64,000 nt of DNA, from assembly GCA_965237955.1 (NCBI GenBank), contig OZ250169.1:3936001-4000000 (forward strand). The letters are read 5' to 3'. The notes beneath the pieces are model-generated. The model had not been told where the DNA came from. It searched no databases and saw nothing but the letters and a program-made list of their open reading frames with translations. This document shows positions 42,231-51,370 of this stretch, one piece after another (positions within the stretch are counted from its first letter, which is position 1; each line of letters starts with the position of its first letter). The stretch is from Candidatus Marinacidobacterales bacterium. Lineage in GTDB: Bacteria; Acidobacteriota; Vicinamibacteria; Marinacidobacterales; SMYC01. The position numbers were made by a program, and so were the translations under genes.

Positions 42231-42686
42231 TTACGCGGAGTTATCGATGGAGTCGGAATGGTCGAGCGGGTGCTGCCACTTGAGACCGGGAAATCACGCG
42301 AAATCGCGATCCGTTGTGATCCAGGTACATCCTGATTCGACCGCAAGAGGAGCAAACCAGGCATCTGTAACAAGATTGGCTCTCGCGTTCGTAGCCTCAC
42401 AGAGGCGAACGAAGAGCGACCACTGGTGAGGTGACGGGCGTACGACGCGGCAGTTCGGGTGCTCTCGTATCGATTTCGTGAAAGCGATCGCTTCTTTGAG
42501 CGTCGTCGGCTCCCTGAAGATCTTCGGATGCGTCGTGATGCGAATGACGCTTGTGAGCACGTGTTCGGAAATCGCGAAAGCCGCGTCCCCATTCAACAGC
42601 TCGAGCATCCAGGCGCGGAACGCATTGCCCCGCTCCGCGTCTCGACTGAAAGAGTAGATAAGGACGTTGACGTCGAGAAGGTTCAC
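42231..42686 (-). pseudogene. vapC: VapC-family PIN toxin with an in-frame stop near the C-terminus
   Basis: LLDVNVLIY, NLVTDAW, TTDRDFA-TGA-FPGLKWQHPL. Confidence 0.78.
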
Positions 42687-42830
42687 CCGCGGTCTTCCAT
42701 GACGTCTTCGAGTCCCGCGTTCGAGTCTAGATCGACGCCCGGGCGCAAGCCACCCCTACCTGAAACGGGGAGCGTGAACCGGCGCGAGCGGGTTTTTGCT
42801 GGTTTGTGTCGATACATGGAAGCTGCACTT
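42683..42830 (-). pseudogene. VapB-like antitoxin C-terminal fragment
   Basis: FTLPVSGRGGLRPGVDLDSNAGLEDVME overlapping the vapC start. Confidence 0.6.
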
Positions 42831-42869
42831 GCCGCACAAGTACGCCTCGATCCGACTCTCTCACCCGAG

Positions 42870-43457
42870 TTAGCGGCTGGGGCCAATCAGGATTGAGATG
42901 GGGTGCTCGGTGCCGGGCCAGTGGGGGCCTCTGGAGACGTCGACGCCACCGTCGCGGAAGGCGTTGAAGATCGAGTTGCCGAATGTGTCCGGCACATCCG
43001 AAGAGATCCCCAAAATCACTCCGGCGGGAACGGTCTCCTGACCGGGCTGCAGCACTGGGCGGTACATCATGCCGAACGACGGTGGGACTTCCCAACCGGC
43101 GTCGTTCAGGATGGAAACGATCTCGCGGGCGTACTCGGTCGTCTCCAAATCAGACGAGTTGGCAAGAACGAACGCGGTCGGGCCGACGAAGTCACTGAGT
43201 GCCCCGACCAATTGCGCACGAGCCTCGGCGGTGAAACCGCGTTGCGCGGGCGCCGCCTCGAGCTCGGCGATTTTCTCTTGGCTCGCCCGAAGCTCATCCT
43301 CGAGCCGGTCGCTTTCCCGAGCGCCGAGAAACCACACGCCGAACACCGCCGCGGCGAGCACAACCGATGCACCGGCGCCAGCACGGTCCTCGTGCCGGAG
43401 AAAAACGTAGAGCCCGAGAAGCAGGATACCGGCACCGACAACGAGTGTGAAAACCAT
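42870..43457 (-). CDS. Hypothetical membrane protein (2 TM + soluble domain)
   Basis: 195-aa ORF with two N-terminal hydrophobic helices. Confidence 0.6.
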   Translation of the reverse strand: MVFTLVVGAGILLLGLYVFLRHEDRAGAGASVVLAAAVFGVWFLGARESDRLEDELRASQEKIAELEAAPAQRGFTAEARAQLVGALSDFVGPTAFVLANSSDLETTEYAREIVSILNDAGWEVPPSFGMMYRPVLQPGQETVPAGVILGISSDVPDTFGNSIFNAFRDGGVDVSRGPHWPGTEHPISILIGPSR

Positions 43458-43730
43458 TCCTGACAGAATACCCGACTCCTTTGTGTTCTACCATGTGCTC
43501 GTGCGTCCTTTGTTCCAGATCTACCGAGACGCGTTCTCGGGACTGTCGAGAGAGCTCTAGGTTCTCGGCATTGCCGCGCTCCTCACCACGGAAAGAGGTT
43601 TCATCGTCGCGCCGATCACTGGCACGTACGTCTACGAACTGTTCGGACCGCTCACGTTGTGGCACGGGATGGGTGTTGTCGGGGTCGGTCTTTGGGTGAG
43701 CTCCGTCGTGCTGAAACCCTACTTGAGAGG

Positions 43731-44099
43731 CTAGAACCCTCGTTTTCTGCCGCGGATGTTGCGCCGGCTTCCCTTGGGCTTTCCGCCTTTGCCTCGGGGT
43801 GGGCCTGCTCCGTAGCCACCACCAGCGTCCGAGTAGCTGGGCGGACGGCGCTGCCGCTCTTCGGCCTCGCTCACGCGAAGGTTTCTGCCTTGCACCTCGT
43901 GACCATCGAACTTTTCGATGGCTGCTGCTGCGGCGGTTTTCTCGGTAAACTCGACGAACGCGAAACCTCTCGGGCGACCCGTGCTGCGATCCGTCGGTAC
44001 GAAGATCTCGACGACCTCACCGACTTCAGAAAAGATAGTTTCGAGCTCGGCGCTCGTCGTGTCGTAGCTCATGTTCCCAACGAAGACTTTGCTAGTAAT
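43731..44099 (-). CDS. RRM RNA-binding protein, probable ATT start
   Basis: RNP2 KVFVGNM, RNP1 RGFAFVEF, Gly/Arg-rich tail; AAGGAGGT 5 nt before ATT. Confidence 0.87.
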   Translation of the reverse strand: MTSKVFVGNMSYDTTSAELETIFSEVGEVVEIFVPTDRSTGRPRGFAFVEFTEKTAAAAAIEKFDGHEVQGRNLRVSEAEERQRRPPSYSDAGGGYGAGPPRGKGGKPKGSRRNIRGRKRGF

Positions 44100-44267
44100 G
44101 ATGGACCTCCTTTATCGAATCATTGTACACGTTTTGAAATACTCATGCGGTCATCTCAAGATCGCTTCGGGTGCGAGCTCGCCGTTTGCGAGCCGAAGCT
44201 CGATGAGGCCGGTTGCGTCCGTTTAACATCAGTCAGCCTGTCAAGTTTTGGCCGGCTGCGGGTGGCG

Positions 44268-45352
44268 GCCTTGGTGCACAACTCCGATAGAGGCCGAGAG
44301 CTCGCTTGGCCCCGACTCCCATCATCCGATCATCTCGCTATCAGGCATCCCGAGCGCCGTCATCGTGTTGAGAATCTTGCACCCGATCCTTGCCTCGACT
44401 CTCTGTGCCGCCAACCCTCTCGCTCGCATCGCTGAGCCCACGATAGCCTTGTAGCGATGGAACGTTGTCTCGACTTTGCTCCGTTTGCTGTAGCCCGATT
44501 CTGTGTGCCACTTTCGTTTGCCGAGCCGAGCTTGTGCTGCAATGTTGCGATTGCGCTGTCGGCTGCTCGCCGGCCCCGATGCGAGCTGGGCGCCCTTGCG
44601 CGGCGGTATCAGCACCCTCGGCGAGCAATGAGCGCTGTGATTCTCGATTGCCTCATAGACGCCGCCGGCGTCGTATGCGGTGTCAGCTCTGGCCGATGAG
44701 ATGGGACTGTCGATCTGTCCGACAAGCGATGCAACCCGCGATGAATCGCGGGCTCTTTTGCTCGTCAGCTCGCCGGCGACGACTTCGCCACTCTGCTCGT
44801 CGACACACAGATGGAGCTTGCGATAGTCCCTGCTCTTTGGTGCTCTGCGCAGCTGGCCGGCGTGGACAGCGAGACCGCTGCTGTCGATCAAGATGTGCAA
44901 CGGCGTCTTCTGCTTGTCTTGGTAGAAGGGGACCTTACCCAGCTTCGCCTTGCGCCTCGAGATCGTGGTGTGATCGGGCACATCATTGTCTAGCTTCATC
45001 AGAGCGAACAACGATCGCAGCAATCCCTCGCTCTGCCTAGATGACAGATGAAACACCATGCCCAGGGTGACAGCCGTCTCGATGGCGTGGTTCGAGTACT
45101 TGCGTTGACGGCTCGGTTTCCTCCTCCTCGGCCGGGGCGCGTCCCAGTTCACAAGCTTGCCGGCGGTGAGCGAGATCCAGACGGTCAGGCTCCCACGGTT
45201 GCGTAGACCCGCCTCATATTCACGCCAATTCCTCACGCGATAGGCCTTCTTCACATACTTCCGCTGAGTGCGTTTGAAAATGCTCATGGGGAACCTCGAA
45301 TCCGTGAGTAAAGGACAATTGTGGACCGAGATCGCGAGTTGTGCACCAAGGC
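44268..45352 (-). mobile_element. IS5-family element, copy 3
   Basis: Same IRs; intact transposase. Confidence 0.9.
44322..45287 (-). CDS. IS5-family (IS903-like) transposase, intact
   Basis: Continuous 321-aa ORF with DDE motifs. Confidence 0.9.
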   Translation of the reverse strand: MSIFKRTQRKYVKKAYRVRNWREYEAGLRNRGSLTVWISLTAGKLVNWDAPRPRRRKPSRQRKYSNHAIETAVTLGMVFHLSSRQSEGLLRSLFALMKLDNDVPDHTTISRRKAKLGKVPFYQDKQKTPLHILIDSSGLAVHAGQLRRAPKSRDYRKLHLCVDEQSGEVVAGELTSKRARDSSRVASLVGQIDSPISSARADTAYDAGGVYEAIENHSAHCSPRVLIPPRKGAQLASGPASSRQRNRNIAAQARLGKRKWHTESGYSKRSKVETTFHRYKAIVGSAMRARGLAAQRVEARIGCKILNTMTALGMPDSEMIG

Positions 45353-45551
45353 AGTATCGAGCTCGGTGAGCGCGCTCGCCCCTATTTGGACCGCTTGGCC
45401 GAGCGCGGTGTTCTTGCGCTGACAGCAGGCAAGAAAGTCCTTCGCCTCCTGCCACCATTGATCATCACCCGCGACGAAATTGAGCGCGCGGCCGAAGCGG
45501 TCCGGACCTCAAGTGCTTAATGCTCGTGATGCTAAAACAAAGAAAGAGACG

Positions 45552-45635
45552 ATGAAAGAAAGCAAATTCCCGCCAGGCTGGGACGAGGCTCGGGTCCGAA
45601 GAGTGCTTGCGCATTATGAGCGAACAATATCTTAG
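45552..45635 (+). pseudogene. Truncated small hypothetical protein
   Basis: MKESKFPPGWDEARVRRVLAHYE followed by a premature end. Confidence 0.4.
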
Positions 45636-45637
45636 TT

Positions 45638-46792
45638 TCACGCTGGCGCCTCGGGCTCGAGCGGTGGCGCGAGTGCACGGAATGCCGTCGGTGCAATCGT
45701 CGCAGTGACCGCAGCGAGCAGAATGGCGATGGCGCGATCCTCGTTCGTTAGAAAACCGAGCTCTACGCCGACCGTCGCCACCGCGATGATCAGGCTCAGC
45801 CTGGCCGATAGGAGCATGCCGGCCGCCAGTACTTCCCGAAGCGAGAACCCGCGCAGTGCGAAGACGAAGCTCGGAACTATTTTGACGATGAAAGCCGCGC
45901 CGATGATCGCGAAGGCCTTGACGAGAACATCTAGGTCCTGGAGAAGGGCAATCTCGAACCGAAGACCGACATTGATGAAGAAAATCGGGATCAGAAATCC
46001 GTACGAGAAACCGTTGAGTTGGTGCTCGAGAACGCCGCGACTTCGAAAGACAAGGGCGAAGACGGTTCCGGCAAGGAACGCGCCGAGGATGGGCTCGATG
46101 TCGAGCGCGATCGACAGCCCGACGAAAGCAAGCATCAGCGCCAGGCTCGCCCGCATCCCGAGCTCTTCCGGGTCGTCGGTCGAGAACAGACGGCGAAACC
46201 GCTCCGGAAACCACCAAACGGCGAGCCTCAGACTGCGCAGTACCATGATCACGGCAAAGAAGAGCGCCGGCATCTGCAAGAGATGGAGGCTCACGCCGTG
46301 GCGCTCGACGAGCGCAAGGATGGCGACGAGCACGAGCGTGAGAAAGTCCGCCATGATCGCGGAAATCAAAACATATTGGCCGAGTCGGGTCGCCGTCCTC
46401 CGGGTGTTGCGGAGCGTCGGCACGACCAGACCGACCGAAGTCGTTGCGAGCACGAGGGTCATGAACGCGTTGTAGCCGAGCTGCACGGTAAACCAGTGCG
46501 CGGCGACGAGCGTCAAAGCGAACACCCCGACCAGCATGAGAAGGCGCTCGCGGCCTTGTCGTTCGAGTGCGCGGAAATCGATCTCGAATCCGGCGAGGAA
46601 CATGAGCAGAAACAACCCTAGTCGCGCGAGAAGATCGAGAAGCTCCGAACCCTCGATCCATCCGGTCATGGGTCCAATGAAAATGCCGAATAGAAGCTCG
46701 AGGACGACGGCGGGCGTGCGGAGACGGGTTGTGAGGAGCGGCAGGCAGAATGCAGCCGCTGCAATGAGGATGAGAGAAGTTGCTTGCTCCAC
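45638..46792 (-). CDS. Cation:proton antiporter (CPA2)
   Basis: LMFLAGFEID, TTSVGLVVPTL, LGAFLAG, PIFFINVG. Confidence 0.88.
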   Translation of the reverse strand: MEQATSLILIAAAAFCLPLLTTRLRTPAVVLELLFGIFIGPMTGWIEGSELLDLLARLGLFLLMFLAGFEIDFRALERQGRERLLMLVGVFALTLVAAHWFTVQLGYNAFMTLVLATTSVGLVVPTLRNTRRTATRLGQYVLISAIMADFLTLVLVAILALVERHGVSLHLLQMPALFFAVIMVLRSLRLAVWWFPERFRRLFSTDDPEELGMRASLALMLAFVGLSIALDIEPILGAFLAGTVFALVFRSRGVLEHQLNGFSYGFLIPIFFINVGLRFEIALLQDLDVLVKAFAIIGAAFIVKIVPSFVFALRGFSLREVLAAGMLLSARLSLIIAVATVGVELGFLTNEDRAIAILLAAVTATIAPTAFRALAPPLEPEAPA

Positions 46793-46869
46793 GCTCGAAA
46801 GAGAAAGAGAAAGTTTCGCTACTGGTTATAGGGGATTGCGGGTTCGTTGACAACTCCGAAGGCTTGGTG

Positions 46870-47096
46870 AAACTTCATGCACGCTCGGTGAGAACGACGT
46901 CCGCGTACTGTGCCCACGCACTTGTACATCGCTCCTCGCGAACCGCACGGATGGCGGGAGCTCTACCACGAGCTCTTCAAACTGAACGTCGAGCTGGAGT
47001 GGTTCGAAAAAGCACGTACGGGGCCGCGACTATGTCTGGGAGGGCGCCCCGGGCGATGAGGAGGAAGAAGAGGCGAAGACAACGGAGAATCCCTAG
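46870..47096 (+). pseudogene. S9 peptidase C-terminal fragment
   Basis: HLYIAPREPHGWRELYHELFKLNVELEWFEK then RDYVWEGAPG in a shifted frame. Confidence 0.55.
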
Positions 47097-47175
47097 CGGG
47101 CTGAACCTCCGTAACCGAATCAGAGCAGCCGATCGAACCGCTACTGCGCCTCGCTTCACACGATCGAAAAGAAAT

Positions 47176-47209
47176 GATAGGATCCTGTCATGAGAGACAG
47201 GATTCTATC
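47176..47209. promoter_or_regulatory. 14-bp inverted repeat straddling the regulator start codon (putative operator)
   Basis: GATAGGATCCTGTC-ATGAGA-GACAGGATTCTATC, 13/14 match. Confidence 0.55.
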
Positions 47210-48251
47210 TAGCCAGGTCAGCGCCGCGCGTCGCGAGCGCGGGTGGTCTCAGCAGGAGCTGGCGGCGAAAAGCGGTGTGTCGCGGGCCGAAATAAGCGCA
47301 GTGGAGACCTCTCGCCAGGCGCCGTCGACCGCGACGGCGCTCGGTCTCGCCGCCGCGCTCGGGCGGACGGTCGAGGAGCTTTTCACCCTCGCGCCGGCGG
47401 GTGAGCATTCGCCGAGGTGGGCGTGGGCGCCCGAGCGTGAGGCAGGACGCTTCTGGGAAGCCGGCGTCGGAGCGCGGCGGCTGCTTTTTCCGGTGGAGCC
47501 GACGGCGCGGGGAAGTCTTCCGCACGACGGATGCTTCGGTCCGGAGGGATTGGTCCGCAGGGCCTGGGCCGAGCCAGAGAGGACCCTGGTGGTGGCGGGA
47601 TGCGACCCCGCGGTCGGCCTTCTCGCCGCCGAGCTCGCCCGGCACCATGGGATACGGCTTCTTCCTCTGACGCGGGGAAGCCGCGAGGCGCTCGAGCTTC
47701 TCAAGCGCGGCCTCGTCCACGCCGCCGGCTTGCACTGGTCGGACGATTCGGGCGAGGACGCGAACGCCGCGATGGTCGCGAGCGTTCTTGGAAGCGGGTT
47801 TCGTCTCGTTCATGTCGCGAGATGGCAGGAAGGCGTTGCGCTCGAAAGCTCAGTGCGGGCTCGCTCGGCGGCATCGATCGCGCGCGCGAAGCTCCGTTGG
47901 ATCGCACGGGAGGAAGGCTCCGGCGCCCGTCACGTGCTCGACCGTCTTCTCGGTGCGCGGTCGCGTCGGTTTCGCCACGAGGTGCGCGACCATCGTGCGG
48001 TCGCGCTTGCCATCCGAAGCGGCTACGCCCAGGCGGGGATTGCGGTGAGGTTGGCCGCCGAGGAGGCAGGGCTCGACTTCGTGACACTACAGCAAGAGGA
48101 TTATGAGCTCTGCTACCGCAACGATCTCCGTGGCGATGAGCCGCTCGCGGCCCTTCGAAAAGCGCTCAAACGAGCGGAGCTCAGACGCCTCACTCGAGAT
48201 CTTCCGGGCCTCGAAGTCGCCCGGATGGGCGAGGAGCGCTCCGTTGCCTAG
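47190..48251 (+). CDS. XRE-HTH + periplasmic-binding-type domain regulator (molybdate-associated)
   Basis: SQQELAAKSGVSRAEISAVE HTH; AGCDPA, GSREAL, REEGSGAR. Confidence 0.82.
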   Translation: MRDRILSSQVSAARRERGWSQQELAAKSGVSRAEISAVETSRQAPSTATALGLAAALGRTVEELFTLAPAGEHSPRWAWAPEREAGRFWEAGVGARRLLFPVEPTARGSLPHDGCFGPEGLVRRAWAEPERTLVVAGCDPAVGLLAAELARHHGIRLLPLTRGSREALELLKRGLVHAAGLHWSDDSGEDANAAMVASVLGSGFRLVHVARWQEGVALESSVRARSAASIARAKLRWIAREEGSGARHVLDRLLGARSRRFRHEVRDHRAVALAIRSGYAQAGIAVRLAAEEAGLDFVTLQQEDYELCYRNDLRGDEPLAALRKALKRAELRRLTRDLPGLEVARMGEERSVA

Positions 48252-49032
48252 CCTTGTGCTGCTTCTCGTCGGGCTGTCTGCTTCGGCGGAGGCGACGCGA
48301 CCGACTGAGCCGACTGAGCCGACTGAGGATGCGGAGCTGATTCGCATCTTCGCCGCTGTGAGCTTGACCGACGCGCTGTCCGCGGTCATCGTGGATTTCG
48401 AGAAGGCGCACCCCTCGTCTCGCGTCGTCCCTCAGTTCGGCGGGTCGAGCGATCTCGCGCGTCAGATTCTCGCCGGGGCGCCCGCGGATCTGTTCTTCTC
48501 GGCGGACCAGCGGCAACTGGACCGCGTCGCTCGAGAAGGCTTCATTATTAATAATGATGGCGCGCGCGCGGACGTCCTGTCGAACGAGCTCGTCGTCGTG
48601 CGCCATCGCGACCAGCCGGACATGGTGGACGAGCCCGGAGACCTCGAGGCGCTCGGCCGCATCGCGATGGCGGATCCCGAAGCCGTCCCCGCCGGCGTCT
48701 ACGCCCGACAGTACTTGGAAAGCCAGGGCCTGTGGTTACGCCTTCGGAACAAGATCGTCCCGACCCTCGACGTTCGGGGGGCGATGGCGGCGGTGGCGAG
48801 CGGCAACGTCGACGCGGGCTTCGTCTACCGCACCGACGCCGCCATCGAGGATCGCGTCAAGATCGTCTATACGGTGCCGCGAGAGGAGGGCCCGCCGATC
48901 TTTTACACGCTCGGCATCATCGAAGGTCGAGAACGACAAGACGTCCGGGGGCTGTACGACTACTTGAGGTCGGAGGCCGCAGGTGAGGTCTTCACGGGAT
49001 TTGGATTCGTTTTTCTCGAGTTAGGGCGATGA
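48244..49032 (+). CDS. modA: Molybdate ABC transporter substrate-binding protein
   Basis: FAAVSLTDA, GGSSDLARQI..GAPADLFFSA, PAGVYA, GFVYRTDA. Confidence 0.9.
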   Translation: MPSLVLLLVGLSASAEATRPTEPTEPTEDAELIRIFAAVSLTDALSAVIVDFEKAHPSSRVVPQFGGSSDLARQILAGAPADLFFSADQRQLDRVAREGFIINNDGARADVLSNELVVVRHRDQPDMVDEPGDLEALGRIAMADPEAVPAGVYARQYLESQGLWLRLRNKIVPTLDVRGAMAAVASGNVDAGFVYRTDAAIEDRVKIVYTVPREEGPPIFYTLGIIEGRERQDVRGLYDYLRSEAAGEVFTGFGFVFLELGR

Positions 49033-49715
49033 CGATCGATCTAGGGCACCTCCTCGCTTTCAGCGTACAGATGGCTCTCGCCGGCGTGCTTCTCACGCTT
49101 CCGTTGGGCGTGACGCTCGGTTTTTGGCTGGCCCGCACCCGCCGCCGCGGCAAAAGCCTCGTCGAGACCCTGGCCACGCTTCCTCTCGTCTTGCCGCCCA
49201 CGGTGGTCGGGCTCTTTCTTCTCGAGCTCTTCGGCCGCAACCGGCCGCTCGGGCGCTTCCTGTACGAGAGCTTCGGGCTCTCCGTTGCCTTCACCTGGCG
49301 CGCCGTCGTCGTGGCGAGCGCGGTCGTGGCTTTTCCGCTCCTGGTTCGCACGGTACGGACGTCGTTCGAGGACATCGATCCGCGCCTCGAAGCCATCGCG
49401 CGTACGCTTGGAAAAAGCCCGCTCGTTGTTTTCGCCACGGTGAGCCTTCCGCTCGCCTCCCGCGGGATCCTTGCTGGCTTCATTCTCGCGTTCTCGCGCG
49501 CCCTCGGCGAGTTCGGCGCGACGATCATGGTCGCGGGTAACATCCCGGGAGAGACCCAGACGCTCTCGCTCGCCATCTTCCAGCTCGTGCAACTCGGCCG
49601 CGATCCCGAGGCCTACCGTCTTGCGGCCGTCACCGTGCTCGTGGCTTTGGCCGCGATCTGGCTCGCCGAGCGGCTTGCAAGACGGCCTCGCTCGAATCAA
49701 CCCGCACTCGGATGA
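49029..49715 (+). CDS. modB: Molybdate ABC transporter permease
   Basis: LPLVLPPTVVG, RALGEFGAT..VAGNIPG.TQT. Confidence 0.93.
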   Translation: MTIDLGHLLAFSVQMALAGVLLTLPLGVTLGFWLARTRRRGKSLVETLATLPLVLPPTVVGLFLLELFGRNRPLGRFLYESFGLSVAFTWRAVVVASAVVAFPLLVRTVRTSFEDIDPRLEAIARTLGKSPLVVFATVSLPLASRGILAGFILAFSRALGEFGATIMVAGNIPGETQTLSLAIFQLVQLGRDPEAYRLAAVTVLVALAAIWLAERLARRPRSNQPALG

Positions 49716-50785
49716 TCGTTATTAACGTCCGTCTTCCTCTCGACGCGTTCGAGCTCGACGTCTCGCTCGATCTGAACGAGCCGGTCACGGCGCTCTTCGG
49801 CCCCTCCGGTGTGGGCAAGACGTCGCTTCTCGAGACGATCGCCGGCCTCCGGCGTCCCGCCGAAGGAGAGATCGGGATCGACGACGACGTGCTGTTCTCG
49901 TCGCAGCGCAAGGTCTCTCTACCTCCTGAACGGAGGCGCGTCGGTTACGTGCCGCAGGATGGTCTGCTCTTTCCTCACATGAGCGTTCACCGCAACCTGC
50001 GCTACGGTGTGCGAGGGGGCGATGGCTCGATCCCGGTGGACTCGGTCGTCGAAGCCCTCGAGATCCAGCATCTGCTCGAGCGCAATCCCTTGACGCTCTC
50101 TGGAGGCGAACGCCAACGGGTCGCTCTCGGCCGCGCGCTCGTCAGCGGACCGCGACTTCTGCTGCTGGACGAGCCGCTGGCGGCGCTCGACGTTGGGTTG
50201 AAAGAGCGCATCCTTCCTTACCTCCGCCGGGTCCGCGAGCGGTACGGAATTCCAGCTCTTGTCGTCAGCCACGACGTCTTCGAGGTCTTGACGCTATGCG
50301 ACGAAGTGGTCGTCCTCGAGCGCGGCCGTGTCGTCGGCCGGGGAGCGCCGCGAGCGGTGCTGACCCGTCCGGGTGCTGGGGGCGAGCTCTTTCGCGGCCG
50401 CTTCGAGAACGTGCTCGATGTGCGCGTTACTGCCCACGAGCCGGAAGAAGGGATCACCCGCGTCGAGACGCTAGGCGGACTCGCGCTCGCCGTGCCGTAT
50501 CGGCCCCATCGACCTGACCCCAAGGGAGGGCGCGCGCTCGTGGGGATCTTCGCCGAGGACGTTCTCCTTGCGCGAAAACCTCCCGAGGGGATCTCGGCGA
50601 GGAATGTCTTCGCCGGCACCGTGGAGTCCATCGACGAGAGCGGGGGAGTTGCGATGGTGCGCGTGGCGACGCCGGAGCCCGTCTATGTGAAGCTCACCCA
50701 TCGTGCCGTCGTGCAGCTCGGGCTCGAAGCTAGCACCCCGGTGCATCTGATCGTCAAGACGCACTCGATCCACCGTTTGGGCTGA
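49712..50785 (+). CDS. modC: Molybdate ABC transporter ATP-binding protein with TOBE domain
   Basis: GPSGVGKT, LSGGERQRVA, LLLDEP, ISARN. Confidence 0.92.
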   Translation: MIVINVRLPLDAFELDVSLDLNEPVTALFGPSGVGKTSLLETIAGLRRPAEGEIGIDDDVLFSSQRKVSLPPERRRVGYVPQDGLLFPHMSVHRNLRYGVRGGDGSIPVDSVVEALEIQHLLERNPLTLSGGERQRVALGRALVSGPRLLLLDEPLAALDVGLKERILPYLRRVRERYGIPALVVSHDVFEVLTLCDEVVVLERGRVVGRGAPRAVLTRPGAGGELFRGRFENVLDVRVTAHEPEEGITRVETLGGLALAVPYRPHRPDPKGGRALVGIFAEDVLLARKPPEGISARNVFAGTVESIDESGGVAMVRVATPEPVYVKLTHRAVVQLGLEASTPVHLIVKTHSIHRLG

Positions 50786-50808
50786 TCTTCCCTATAGAAT
50801 GATGCGTC

Positions 50809-51370
50809 ATGGTGTGGGTTGTGCTCGGGCTCGTCATCGTCCTCGGGGGGGCGCTCGTCGTCTTCAACCGTCTCGTTCAGCTGAGGAATCGTGCGGCGGG
50901 GTCGTGGTCGGACATCGACGTCCAGCTCAAGCGACGTCACGATCTGGTGGGAAACCTCGTGGAGGCCGTGAAAGGCTATGCCTATCACGAACGGCAGGTG
51001 CTCGAGAAAGTTGCCGCGGCGCGCTCGAGCGCCGAGGGCGCCCGCACCGAAGGCCATCCCGGCGCCGCGGGAGCAGCCGAGTCGACGCTGTCAGGGGAGA
51101 TGGGAAAGCTCTTCGCGCTCGCGGAAGCTTATCCTGACTTGAAGGCAAGCGAGCAGTTCTCGAGCCTGCAAGCGCGCACTGACGAAAGTCGAGGACGATT
51201 TGCAGAACGCCCGTCGCTACTACAACGCAATCGTGCGCGATCTGAACACGCGCATCCAATCATTCCCGGCTCTCGTCGTCGCCCGCTCACTCGGGTTTCG
51301 GGAACGGGAGTTCTTCTCGCTCGAGGACCGGAGTGAGGCCGCTGCGCCGCGCGTGGAGCTCGGATCGTGA
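50809..51370 (+). CDS. lemA: LemA family protein, frameshift at ~51175
   Basis: WSDIDVQLKRRHDL, AEAYPDLKAS, then ARRYYNAIVRDLN..I.SFP in a second frame. Confidence 0.85.

Noticed and set aside
42294-42296. vapC TGA as selenocysteine or readthrough
   Set aside because: The position is normally Arg, not Cys, and no SECIS-like hairpin is evident
48301-48327. (CCGACTGAG)3 tandem repeat in modA, and PTQ repeats at ~20180-20210
   Set aside because: Ordinary in-frame linker slippage
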